A stretch of 64,000 bases of DNA from Antedon mediterranea (Eukaryota > Animalia > Echinodermata), in assembly GCF_964355755.1 (NCBI RefSeq), contig NC_092680.1, positions 4,650,001-4,714,000 of the forward strand. Reading direction: 5' to 3'. The position numbers and the translations under genes were made by a program. This document shows, one piece after another, positions 52,501-64,000 of the stretch (its first letter is position 1; each line of letters opens with the position of its first letter). The notes under the pieces are model-generated. The model ran no database searches and had not been told where the DNA came from. It saw only the letters and a program-made list of their open reading frames with translations.

Positions 52501-55500
52501 AACCAAAGATATTTTAGAGATTCTTAGATTAAGATTTTCAACACCAGATATCTACATTTATATTTAAATCTTCATAAATCCTTTCTTGCAGACGTAGGTA
52601 GCAATAACAGTGGTTATTATACATTACAAGCAGTGTTAACGCATCAAGGGAGGTCGAGTTCATCGGGGCATTACGTTGGATGGATACACAATAAAGGAGG
52701 TTAGCATGTTTTTTTTTTAGTTTTGCTGGTTTGACAATAACATGTTTTTCGAAGCCCTGTCCTAAGTGAAGCTCTGTCTACACTATTAAACTTTTATTTA
52801 TGTAACAAAGAAAATCTGATGTGGCCATATGGACACGATGATGTCATATCACTACCATATTTGGGCATATCACTACCATATTTGGGCATATCACTACCAT
52901 ATTTGGGCATATCACTACCATATTTTGGCATATCACTACCATATTTGGGCATATCACTACTATATTTGGGCATATCACTACCATATTTTGGCATATCACT
53001 ACCATATTTGGGTACATCATTTTTTTTTTGTCAAACTAGTTTGATAGTGTAGACAAGGCTTTACATTATCTGATTTCTATTTCAAGATTGAGAATGAGGC
53101 AGCTTTAGGATTAACATCTTTCCTCTGAAATTACTGAATTTAATTTTTCCTTGTTCTATGGTTTTGACATATTTACACTGCTAGCCTATTTCTTGCTGGC
53201 ATTGTTTACAGGAATCATCCTGGCTATATACTTCCCTATCATTCAGCTTTCTTGCTGGCATTGTTTACAGGAATCATCCTGGCTATATACTTCCCTATCA
53301 TTCAGCTTTCTTGCTGGCATTGTTTACAGGAATCATCCTGGCTATATACTTCCCTATCATTCAGCTTTCAAATCAAAAAAACCCAAATGTGCTGTCAGGT
53401 TGTAACAACCTTTAATTGTCACCCAAAGAGATTACTGTATAATGTATCAATCTCTACATTACCTAAAGGGATTATATTAATGTATTAACACTAATCTGTA
53501 CGTTACCTAGAGGGATTATATTAATGTATTAACACTAATCTGTACGTTACCTAAAGGGATTATATTAATGTATTAACACTAATCTGTACGTTACCTAGAG
53601 GGATTATATTAATGTATTAATACTAATCTGTACGTTACCTAGAGGGATTATATTAATGTATTAATACTAATCTGTACGTTACCTAGAGGGATTATGTTAA
53701 TGTATTAACACTAATCTGTACGTTACCTAGAGGGATTATATTAATGTATTAATACTAATCTGTACGTTACCTAAAGGGATTATATTAATGTATTAACACT
53801 AATCTGTACGTTACCTAGAGGGATTATATTAATGTATTAATACTAATCTGTACGTTACCTAGAGGGATTATATTAATGTATTAACACTAATCTGTACGTT
53901 ACCTAGAGGGATTATATTAATGTATTAACACTAATCTGTACGTTACCTAGAGGGATTATATTAATGTATTAATACTAATCTGTACGTTACCTAGAGGGAT
54001 TATATTAATGTATTAATACTAATCTGTACGTTACCTGGAGGGATGAAGAGACTTCTATTTCTGCCTTGTAGCCAAGGTTGTCGAATTACCTAAGATTAGC
54101 AGGCAACTGCTGTGAATGTTATTTGGAAGTATTTAATTAAATGTTTAATTAACTGACTGAGTTAATTAGGAAAATATAATTCGCAAATGTGCTAGATATA
54201 ATTAGAAAAACTGCAATATCAGAAAGCTGATTTTTATCATGCTGTACTTTTATGTTGTAATGTTGTATTGATGTCAACTCAAATTTTAATACACCCTCTA
54301 ATTTGAAACCTTTTTCAAAATCACACATTTTCAGGTCCAAAATGTAAAATTTCATTCGGAAATCAGGTTTTTTGTACCAGCCCGAAGATGTCCAACAAAG
54401 TTATCAATGTCATTATTTATTGTTGACCTCTCATGTCAATCATTGGTTAAGTAAGATGTATAGGGTTTGTTTAAATCCGACAAAAAAGTGTGTGAATAAA
54501 TTTATCGGCTGAAGAAATTTGGAAAGTTTCAAATAACCGTTGGAAAAAAAAAATATTTTGATTGACCATGTGTGCCCTGATTAAACTAGTACCATCTTGA
54601 CTGTTTTAACACCTGAGCTCATTGCATTATGGGTATACATAGCTCTGTCTACATTATCAAACTAGTTTGACAAAAAAAGTGTGATGTGTCCAAATGTTGT
54701 AGTGATATGCCCAAATATGGTAGTGATATGCCCAAATATGGTAGTGATATGACATCATCATGTCCACATTTATTTTTAGGCACATTTTTTTGTCACATAA
54801 AGTTTGATAGTGTAGACAGAGCTTTAGCAGAAATATAAAATTAGAAGTTTTAATCTATTATTAAATTAACTGTTAGTTTGTAATTTTATAAAGCAGAAAC
54901 AGGTGAATAGATCAGTCATAATAGATTGTAAAACTAATAATAAACAGGTCATTAATTAGTGCGTTATTATCTTATTTTATAATGCAGATTAAATTGCCTG
55001 GGCAATTCGTTAAAGATTTCTGTTGGTCAGTGCAAATTGCATTTCTATTGTCCATTTTGTTTGTTAGGGAAATCGTGTACGATGACTGGTAAGGAAGTCC
55101 ACCTCTGCCATCTCATACTCTTATAATCAAATACTTCCTTAGCACATTAACGAGAAACATCACAATAACTTAATTAATTAAAGTCAGCATATTGACATTA
55201 GTCAGTGAGCTCAACTACAGTGTCAATGTAATGGAGGTAATGGGTGTGTTCGCAGTGTGTACCGTTTAACACCGCAACGTGTAGCTTACACATGCACAAG
55301 GGGCAGACCCACAGTGTCAGTGTAATTAAAATGGGTGTGTTTGCGGTATGTTAACAGGTGGCTCATGGCTAGTATTCACACCTGTGATTATCATTGAATT
55401 GACAACTGCAGATGTGTATCAAGCTATGTTGAGTTCAATGACTTTTCCAATTATTTGTTTTTCCAAACATACATTAGAATTTACTTTTCTCACACAACTA

Positions 55501-56808
55501 AAAAAACAACATATTTAAGCAATTACTACAGTCCATGACTGTACTTTGTGTAAAGCTATGTCTACACTATTAAACTAGTTTGACAACACAAATATGGTAG
55601 TGATATTCCCAAATATGGTAGTGCAATGGTATCATGTCCATATTATGGGCACATCACATTTTGTAGTCACATAAAGTTTGATAGTGTAGAAAAAGATCAA
55701 CTCTGGATCTTCTCCTGTAAAGACTATATGCAGTAACAATAACATTTGACATTTGACATTACAATACATTAGAATAGACTGACAGTTTGGTAGTTATCAG
55801 AAAGTTGGTTGAATAATATGCCACATTTTAGCCTACTGTATGATTGCAATATTACTGTCATTTTTTATAAAAATTGTTATTTTAGTTTTTCAGTATTTAG
55901 ACTGTCAATTCCGTTGACCATTCACTTCCCTTGACCGTTCATTTCCCTTGACCGTTCATTTCCAATGACCATGACTTGTCCTATTTCATTGTGTCCTTGT
56001 TATGCGGACTTCCAGAAGTAAATTTAATCACTCAAAAATTGTTTTTTTAAATGTAGTAAAAATAGTCAGTAAATTATGTTTTTATTAACCCACTTTTTGA
56101 TAATTAATCATTTACTTCCTTGACCATTCATTCTGACTGACCATCATACCATCTTTCACCATGCACCCCTTACACTGACTTCCTTAAGCAACTTAGTCAC
56201 TTAAAAATTACGATTTGTTGTATGCATTGTAATGAAGAACAAATATAAGCACTTAGAAATATAATTGATTGATAATGACTGGAGTATGTCAAGCAATAAT
56301 CATTTGACAAACAAATGACAGTTACTGTGTTGACAAATACAGTACACACTGTTGAAGAACCCCTATTAAGGGGACTCCTTCAGGACCAAACAATGTATTA
56401 ATGGGAGTTGCTTATAGTGTTTAAAATTGTTCTTGAGAAAGTGTCCCTTTAATAGTCGTGTCCCCAAAGAAAGAGATTTCTACTATTTTATATTATAGTA
56501 CTGTAAAAAAAAGAAAGGAATTGAATATATTTTAGTCAAAAGTTTTAATTTTCAGTGTGTTCAACCCATATTTATTACTTATTTTTTCTATATATTTTTC
56601 AGAGGAATGGCTCAAGTTTGATGATGACAAAGTTACTCCTATCTTTGAAGAGGACATTTTAAAACTATCAGGGGGAGGAGACTGGCATTGTGCATATGTA
56701 CTGATATACGGACCAAAGAGGCTAATTGATGATGAGGGCGCTACATCAGAAACTAACAGTGACCAACCAGAGAAAGCGGCTGAAGAACCCGAAAAAATGG
56801 TTGAATAG
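46561..56808 (+). CDS. USP14: Ubiquitin carboxyl-terminal hydrolase 14 (proteasome-associated DUB, UBL + USP domain), 13 coding exons, ~515 aa
   Basis: Exons 46561-46576, 47947-48125, 48520-48624, 48932-49035, 49349-49541, 49977-50140, 50853-50967, 51445-51510, 51698-51790, 52039-52164, 52380-52452, 52592-52699, 56603-56808; GT-AG, 1548 nt. VNVKWGREKF, FKAQLFALSGVQPDRQKVM, Cys box GLENLGNTCYLN, QQDANECW, His box VLTHQGRSSSSGHYVGW, WLKFDDD, LKLSGGGDWHCAYVLIY. Confidence 0.97.
46994..47792. mobile_element. Non-autonomous Ginger-like DNA transposon in USP14 intron 1
   Basis: Termini TGTTATGCGCGATTTGAACGATTTGCGCAATTTGAAATTGCGCAA and its exact inverse; TIR of at least 60 bp; TGT...ACA ends; 4-bp TSD GTAG at 46990-46993 and 47793-47796; many subterminal TTGCGCAA repeats. 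Confidence 0.75.
48743..48864. mobile_element. MITE family B degraded copy
   Basis: GCTCTGCCTACACTATCAAACTTTATGTGA...CCCAAATATGGTAGT. Confidence 0.7.
49808..49889. repeat. 27-bp tandem repeat x3
   Basis: Unit TCATAATTATATACAATAAATAAATGT. Confidence 0.9.
51190..51300 (-). mobile_element. tRNA-derived SINE head fragment
   Basis: Minus strand GTGGCTTGGTGGTTATAATGCTTGGCTACCAATTCAAGGGTCCTGGGTTCAAGCCC (A and B boxes). Confidence 0.55.
52230..52331. mobile_element. Tc1/mariner-superfamily (Tigger/pogo-like) MITE; related degraded copies near 26810-26950, 39975-40130, 49100-49290, 50340-50492 and 56345-56483
   Basis: TA|CAGTCAACTGC...GAGGACACCC...GGTCCCTGAATAGAGGTTT...TTTTACCG|TA; GGGACAC/GTGTCCC...AATAGAGG motifs shared across copies. 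Confidence 0.55.
52770..53060. mobile_element. MITE family B copy with about 8 internal 21-mers
   Basis: Both TIRs; tandem CATATCACTACCATATTTGGG about 52845-53012; source of the repetitive spurious ORFs. Confidence 0.85.
53189..53369. repeat. 59-bp tandem repeat x3
   Basis: Unit TTCTTGCTGGCATTGTTTACAGGAATCATCCTGGCTATATACTTCCCTATCATTCAGCT. Confidence 0.95.
53459..54044. repeat. 44-bp minisatellite, ~13.3 copies
   Basis: Unit TTACCTA(G/A)AGGGATTATATTAATGTATTAA(C/T)ACTAATCTGTACG. Confidence 0.97.
54641..54823. mobile_element. MITE family B copy
   Basis: Both TIRs and about three 21-mers. Confidence 0.8.
55554..55691. mobile_element. MITE family B copy
   Basis: TIRs and internal 21-mer remnants. 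Confidence 0.7.
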
Positions 56809-56914
56809 AACTGGAACAGAAAGCTGTCAAGTTAAAAACCAACGTAACTAATTTAAACATTTTTTTTATGCACATGATATGAAGATAAGCACTGTAAATT
56901 TAGCTTCTACAGTA

Positions 56915-57207
56915 ATATAATATTATAATATCCTGGATTTATATAGCGCCTAATGTTGTGAAATCTCTAAGCACTGAACATTATTACCCGTCCATCGAAC
57001 ACGTATGGAAACATATTCCCATAATGCAGCTAGTAATCAGTGCAAAGTTGTGTCTAACCGGGTACCTATTTATACACCTGGGTGGAGAGAGGCAAACATA
57101 AGTAAATTATCTTGCCTAAGGATACAAGCAATGCTGCGAGAGTTGGATTCGAACCACGACTTCACGATCATTAGTCCAACATCCAACACACTGAGCGACA
57201 CACCCAC
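56915..57207 (-). mobile_element. tRNA-derived SINE just 3' of the USP14 stop
   Basis: Minus strand: A-box-like GTCGCTCAGTGTG, B-box GGTTCGAATCC, core CCTTAGGCAAG...CTCTCTCCACCCAGGTGTATAAATAGGTACC, L2-like 3' end GCGCTATATAAATCC. Confidence 0.75.
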
Positions 57208-58156
57208 AACCCGTAGCTATTGGTTCTAACATTCTAGCATGTCAAAGCCTATAACTGGTGTTCTGCACATTTCCATCAGGCCCACACTAGAGTAGTTTGA
57301 GAACCCCTGGCCTAGAGTATTTATCAGCCCAGCTCTGCTGATAGCTGAATGGCCACCATAACTAATTTCCTTCTTTTTCAGATACTGTCTCTTTACTACA
57401 GTAGCATTTACATGGTATTTGCATACTGCTATTTAAAAGCGAACAACTAAATCTTAAACTTCTGCAAAGTTGAAATCCTACGAAAAATGAAACAATAGTT
57501 TACAGTATACAAAAGCAAAAAAACGTTGTCTGTTGGTAGCATGTGGTCAAAAGCTATCTGTAAAAAATGTCCCTAGAAATGTCACACCATTTCTATACAC
57601 TGTATACTGCATCATATCTCATATCACACACAAGAATCAAGTGAGTGACTTGAAGTAAAATAAGTATATGGATTCATTACTGAGAAACGTAAGGCTTACT
57701 CATATAAATACAGGCATTTAGTAATGAGAAGAGGTGTAAGCAGTTACAATGCTATGATTTTGCGATAAACATGATTATAGCAATACGTTTTAACTTCTAT
57801 CAGAAAAAAACTGCTTTACCTGTGCTTTAGTTGTGTGCTAGACATAAATACCACTGCACAGAACTGTATTTATGCAAATGAAAATGTTCATATATGGTGC
57901 TACAGGAGCTAATAGTAATGTCTACTATGAAAGCAGTGACTTCTGCTAGTGTGGTGTATCTGGGAATTACCATTATCCACCATGAAATTTCATTCCAACT
58001 TTAGCATTTCTTCAAAATCTTAGGTTGTAAGTAGGGACCAGCACTGGTTTTTCTGTTGGGCCAATCAAAAAAAAACCTTATTCAATTGAAATTGCAAATA
58101 CATAACAGAAAAATATTTTGTGATATTGATTTAACAATCTGCATTTAGAAATATAT

Positions 58157-58255
58157 CGCTCTGTCTACACTATCAAACTTTATGTGACAAAAAATGTGAT
58201 TTGAGCATATCACTACCATATTTGGGAAAACTAGTTTGATAGTGTAGACAGAGCT
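58157..58255. mobile_element. MITE family B short copy
   Basis: Both TIRs and a single 21-mer. Confidence 0.8.
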
Positions 58256-59159
58256 TAAAGTTGATTATTTACCAACCTGAAATAGAAAATTGTAGAGAAA
58301 ATTGCAGCTTATACTGCCCTCAATGTTTAATGTTAATAATTTTGAATTCAGCGTACATGTGGTCTAATATTATAGGCTGTAAGATGTTGGAAATAATAAT
58401 AATAATAAAATCATATTTGAATTATAATGTTGGATTAAATTAATCTAATTTGCATTTGTTACACCTGTGTTTGTCAATATCATTTTGTGCATTTTGACAC
58501 CTGTTTGTATCGACAATGCCATAATTATTTATCCCAAACTCTATTTCGGTCCTGGTCTGATGAAAATTTAATAAACTTATTGACAGTTTGAATTTCTCTA
58601 GGTCAGGTTTAAATGTTATTAGTGAGTTGCACAATATTGTATGTATTTTATAATATTAAAGATATATTGTCCCCCTGAAAAAATAATTCTTAAACAATAT
58701 TTTTGGTGAATATGCCATTTTAATGTCACGTAATAGTTCACTTCTGACCGAAAATTGGATCGAAACTTCAATTTAAAGCAAAAAAAAATAGTCAAATTGG
58801 CTGACAGCGAATGGGTTTTTTGTTGAATTCAACCATTTATTTTGTCATTTTATAAGTGAAAACATTATTTACTTTTTGTTTTTTTTTCTACGAAAGTGAT
58901 AAACTTTATTTAGACTACTAAATAACCTATTCAAAGTCCGACTTAATTAATCTTCATTTTCATCTTTAAGTAAAAATATGATGTCTCCAAATATACCACA
59001 AGTGTTTCCTGTGTTTGCTTTAATTTTAATTTGTAAGATATAAAGGGTTATTAAACCCCTTTCACGTCGTCTGGGCAACAATTCCAGAGTTTACACACAC
59101 CATGCAAAATGCATGAACTTGTGAAAGGAGTAAGTCCGAAAAGTTCGATCCCATCCTAT

Positions 59160-59330
59160 ACTTTTCCCAAGTCTGTATTGTTCTCTTTTTTTATGTTAGT
59201 CGGCGTGTTGATTTTGTCCTGAAACACAAGTCAAGTGTATACGTATGAAACGCCATATTTGCCAAAATATGTATCTTTTTAAAGTCAAAACACCGTCTGG
59301 AACCCAGACTAGATCCCATCCTTGATCCAA
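59160..59330. repeat. Unclassified dispersed repeat; related segments at about 18320-18400 (inverted), 24590-24655 and 60600-60760
   Basis: Shared TATGAAACGCCA(T/C)AT(T/A/G)TGCC and AAGTCAAAAC.CCGTCT.GAACC.AGACTA motifs. Confidence 0.55.
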
Positions 59331-61375
59331 TTTTATGTTCAAGCATTGGACAAAGGTTATGTCTTTGTTTGAAGTAGGTAGATATCATGCATATTTCTAT
59401 TACCTAATATATATTTTTAATAATTAACTATAAATATCATTTTTTTCGAATGCGTAACAAAAATAAATGCAGCATCATTCAAAACGTGGTGCACGCGATA
59501 ATTTCCAAAATCGCGACAGTTTCCATAAAGACGCTAGATTGTTATCCTGCATGTCAATCACTCCCTCTACTTTACAAAATGCCACTTTGACATTCCTACT
59601 GAAATTTTAAAAATAATAATTCATATTTCACCTGTTTCATATTAAGCAATTACGTAAAGTCGCCATTCCGTACTGGATTTTAATTCCAAGGCCTTTACCT
59701 TGCAAATAATAGGACTAGTTTGATGTAAATGTTTGATTTAAAATAGGCATAATTAATCAGAATCTCTTGCACGCAACTTTTTAAAATTCAATAATCTATT
59801 GTACCCTGTATTTGGATGTTTGTTAATACCAGGAAAGAAAGAATTATATTCTTTATTCCGTTGATACCAGTTGCCCATAACCTTCCTCTTCGATTGAAAT
59901 GTATCTCCACATATACCAGGCCAAGTTCCCAGCGTTCCCCCGAGTGCAGTGTTCAGCTCCGCGTACCAATTGGCACCGTTTCTACTAATCCAGGGACGTT
60001 ATAATAAATGTTTATCCAGGGACGTTCCAGTGTTCTTACACTAAACGTACTGTTTAATTGATCCGATTCAATATTATCAATTTAAGTTCCATAAATACTG
60101 GACCTTCACCTTGCCATGATATCATTCAATGATATCTCCATGACTATTGACCAACCGGAAAGATTTCAAAGACAAACCTTCATAAAGAGATATAAATATT
60201 CGCTGCAGGGTGTCTGTCTTGAAGTACATTGTATACTGATTCACTTAAAATTATTTTAATTTTGAAATGAACTTAAGACACGTTATAACGGCCTACGAAT
60301 TATACGTGGACGAGACTCACCGTCTTAGTATTAAAGCTAAATTGATTTTAACGATTTATTATTGTTTGAAAAATAAACCACTTTTATTGCGGATCCTTAT
60401 TATTATTCGTAAACAATGTGAACTACTGCATATATCGTTGAATATATGTTTTTTTTTTATTAGATTGCATTTTTCTGACGTATTGGCCCATCGTTCCATT
60501 TTAAGCATTTTTTTTAATTGTTAATAATAAATGTATGGAGACCGTAAGGTGTACAATTTATTATTATAAACCAAGGTTTACACCCATGAAACTAGACTTG
60601 CTCCAAGTATGTATTTCTCTTTTATGTTAGTCCACCAGTGGACCTTTCGATTTTTTTTTTATATTATATATATATGAAACGCCATATGTGCCTTTACTAA
60701 TTATGGGCTAGAACCTATGATTTTATATCCGAAGGCTTTACCTCACTGGCTAGATCCTAGTCTACCATGATACATGCTTCACATAAAATACCAATCATCT
60801 GGTATCCGGCCAGGTGAATAACCTAGCCTATTGTGGTTAGCGTTCTATCCCAAAATGATATCAAATATTTGTTCAGTATTATATTATCTATAGCCACGAT
60901 TAAATGGAAATATCGTGATGGTTCAACACACTGCGTCATAAGTAAGAGTGAACCTCACGAAATCTACAATTCCGATGAAAGGGCACTTAGATCATAGGTT
61001 AAAAGTCCGTCATAAAGACGTACCTTTAAAAAAAAACAATATACTGTATTATTACCGTATTCAACTACTACAGTAATCAATGTTTCATCACTTCATTACT
61101 TTTTAATCATTATTAGGGAGAATAGAATAATAATGCTTAATGATAACCTGTCTGTAATAAACATACCGATTCAATTTACGGTACATCATTATGTAAACTA
61201 TGTTTTATTAGCTGTTTGTTCTTCCAAGAATCATAAACAAACAACATACGTACAAACAGACCCATGCATGATATGTATTTCGAAGGAAAAACCCTATGAT
61301 TACCGTGTCTCAGAGCCGAGTTTAAATGCCAATTTTTAAATCAAAATAACCACAAGTCCAGGAGAAGGCGTCTTA

Positions 61376-61690
61376 AGCTTGGTTTCCACTAAATCGTGGT
61401 TCCACTAGCGACGCAACGCAAGGATGTAACGCAACGCAAGTGAATTGACCAATCACAAGCGATGGCTTATTCGCTTGTGATTGCTAACTGTCTATAACTT
61501 CGCTTGTCATTGGTTAAAACGCTTGCGTTGCGTTTACGTCCTAATTTTTGGGTTACGTTCTAGTGGGAACCAAGCTTTAGACGCAAGGACGTAAACGCAA
61601 CGCAAGCGTGTTGACCAATGACAAACATTTAGAATTCTCCATCGTTTGTGATTGTTCAACTCCTTGTGTTGCGTCTCTGGAAACCAAGCA
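61376..61690. mobile_element. Nested MITE family A: inner copy (about 61393-61576) inserted in the left TIR of an older, oppositely oriented copy
   Basis: Outer AGCTTGGTTTCCACTA | inner element | GACGCAAGGACGTAAAC...TGGAAACCAAGCA, with TTA on both sides of the outer copy. Confidence 0.75.
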
Positions 61691-64000
61691 TTATAGAAAA
61701 TATGTATGTATTTATAGACGACTCTAATGTCGCCGAAAGCATTTTAAAATTTGTTTTTTAAAAAAAGTAATAAAATTCGAATTATGTTAAAGTAAATTTA
61801 AGATCGGCGCCACGTTTTTAATAATTCCTTCATAAACTTTCTAAATCATTATGATTTCATAATGAAATGTAGTCAGCCGTGAACTGTGTTACACATTTTG
61901 CTGCTCAACGCTGCGCAAGTGTCTGTGTTTTGTCTGGCAGCGTAACGATGCCGCAGGGGGCTGTCAGGTGGGGATGGTACAAGATTTTGACTCGTATCAA
62001 ACGGGTTTATTAAGCTAGTCCTATAGTTGCGATGTTTATCGTGATTTTTTTCCCCTGATGAGTAGTAGTTGAGTGAATTGAACGGTGGGTTGGATGAGTA
62101 ATAGGAAGGAGGCACTCCTGTTATTAAATCCAACAATTCTGTGCTGTCACCGTCGATGTTTTAAGTAAATCATAAAGTGTTGGTTAAACGAAGTAAAATG
62201 CAAGGTGAACATAATTTAGCAATGAAAACTATTACTGTAAAATGACAACTTTATTAAGTTTAATTTATATAATTTATCCGTAACCTCGAGACCTCGCGAG
62301 TGTCTGTCCAGTATCAAATCTGTCTATTCTTCGAACCAACGTAAATCAAAATATTATCTAGGATTCTCTCTGTGTTAAAGTGGGAATACATATATACAAA
62401 AAAAAAACCTGTGAAAAGGCGCACTGATGTTGGTTCGATAATAGACAGACAAAAACCTCTGTATCATAACAGGTCAACGTTTACATCACATTAGTAGACC
62501 AGAAGAAATTGAAAAAAAAATCCTCCTACTGCTAATACAGGTAGGGTACAACTCTCCCCTGCTTTGCTTACTAATATCACTTTGTTTAAATTTTTGCACG
62601 GTACCGTATTGTCTAAGTACGTTATAATAATAATAATAATAATAATATTTATCGGTTACTATCCTTTAAAAAACGGAGGAACACTCGCGGAACAAGAGGT
62701 TCGACCTATACAAAATGTTTAAAGAAATAGTAGTTACAATATATACACAGATACAAAAAGTTAATAACGGTTCACAATTACAAACGTCAAACGCAAATTC
62801 TACGGACTTAATACAGTAACAAAAAAAATATCTAAAAATAAAAACGTTGCTATCCAATGCATATTTCTTTAACAAAGCTATGAATAGAATTATTTGGATA
62901 TAGTAATACGTAGGGGAGAGGGCATGACATAAAGTACCCGATTTATTTCACGATTTGGTAATAAACAGAACAGTTATTCAAGTGCCAAGTGTTCAATTAC
63001 CCTGTATATATTGGCCCTGAAATATTAAACATCTTCCAAAATCAAAACATAGTAATTAGGTATCATGTTTTCCTGTTCCATAGACAAAATAGTAAGTTGC
63101 TGCTAAAGCGGAAATTAGGAGGCTCTAGCCATTATTTTTGTTTTTATTGCTTTGACTGTTTTGCCTTGTCATAATAAATGTTTTCGTTCAGATGTTATAA
63201 TGCCATTGACAAACTTTGGAGGGTACCCATGAGTAGTAAACTATGTATGATTATAGCATGAAAATATATAGGCATAATGTGTAAAAAAATATTCTAAGTT
63301 TCAAAATAAATACTTTATGCCTGGTTATAGATTGTTTTATTGCTCTTGTAGCATTTCTTAATTTTAACTGTAATACTTATATATAGCATTACGTGTTATA
63401 AGTATTGATTTCCAGAATAATCTATATATTCGTTTCCAGGAAAATCGATATAGTGGTTACATCACAACATCTTATTACCATCTCGAGTTATCTGTATCTT
63501 CAATGTGGACTGAAATGTTAAATAGCACGCCCTCTATCCGCATTTTGCCAAAGATTTTAGGAAGGAACTTCTAGTATTTAGTTCGGTCAGAGTTTCTAAG
63601 CTTAAAATTAGGCTTGTATTTAACTAAAATGTACGTTAATTGACATAAATAGAAGTTACTTCGTGATACACTCTGATTCATTATTGTAGAAAACAAGGAG
63701 ATGGAAATTAGTGAGAATAAACCAACGTAACCTTGTTTTAAAAGATTCTTATTTTAGTTTTGTTGGAGATTCAGTTCGGTAGGTCTGCTGTCAAAATACG
63801 TAACGTGAGACATTGGACTGGCAAGCAATCATAAATTGTAGGTTTACCGGTAGTCGGATACAAAAATGATGTCTGTACTTCATTTTGTAATCCTTAGAAA
63901 TGAAAAAATAAAGTTTGTTCTTCCTGTTTGTTTCCAACCGCTTTGAATAAGTCAATGTATGATGGATAACTAAATGGAGCGTACAGTATACGAAGAATCG

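Noticed and set aside
52794-53052. Repetitive ORFs (MPKYGSD)n / (ISLPYLG)n, also at 44140-44388
   Set aside because: Translations of the MITE 21-bp repeat.
53459-54044. CRISPR-like appearance of regular repeats (also 9182-9347)
   Set aside because: Contiguous tandem units without unique spacers, no cas genes, eukaryotic context.

Overview
AT-rich, intron-containing metazoan DNA (invertebrate; the species cannot be fixed from sequence alone). Four multi-exon protein-coding genes can be rebuilt by hand with GT-AG junctions and consistent phases: a TINAG/TINAGL1-type inactive cathepsin-B-like protein (minus, CDS 2176-6112), Rab23 (plus, 35731-40479), BAG2 (minus, 45142-45967) and USP14 (plus, 46561-56808). 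About 26 kb upstream of the TINAG-like ATG is non-coding and holds candidate alternative first exons. Repeats include two PIF/Harbinger-like MITE families, Tigger/pogo-like MITEs, a Ginger-like element, a truncated L1/Tx1, tRNA-derived SINEs and minisatellites. The most unusual signals are: (1) a hyper-abundant family of TA-xxx(x)-TA words (TACAGTA/TACTGTA, TAGGCCTA/TAGGCTA/TAGCCTA, TACCGGTA/TACCGTA/TACGGTA, TACATGTA); paralogous repeat copies show that at least the TAC(A/T)GTA class occupies sites where the sister copy has a single TA, as expected for Tc1/mariner excision footprints, and the classes are partitioned between gene bodies and CpG-rich DNA; (2) a minimal Penelope-type hammerhead ribozyme in sense orientation in a Rab23 intron; (3) a Ginger-like element carrying a dense C/EBP-site array beside the BAG2/USP14 divergent promoter; (4) a back-to-back twin tRNA-like repeat; (5) a 52-bp fold-back made by a MITE capturing its own flank. 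All motif counts are by eye and approximate.
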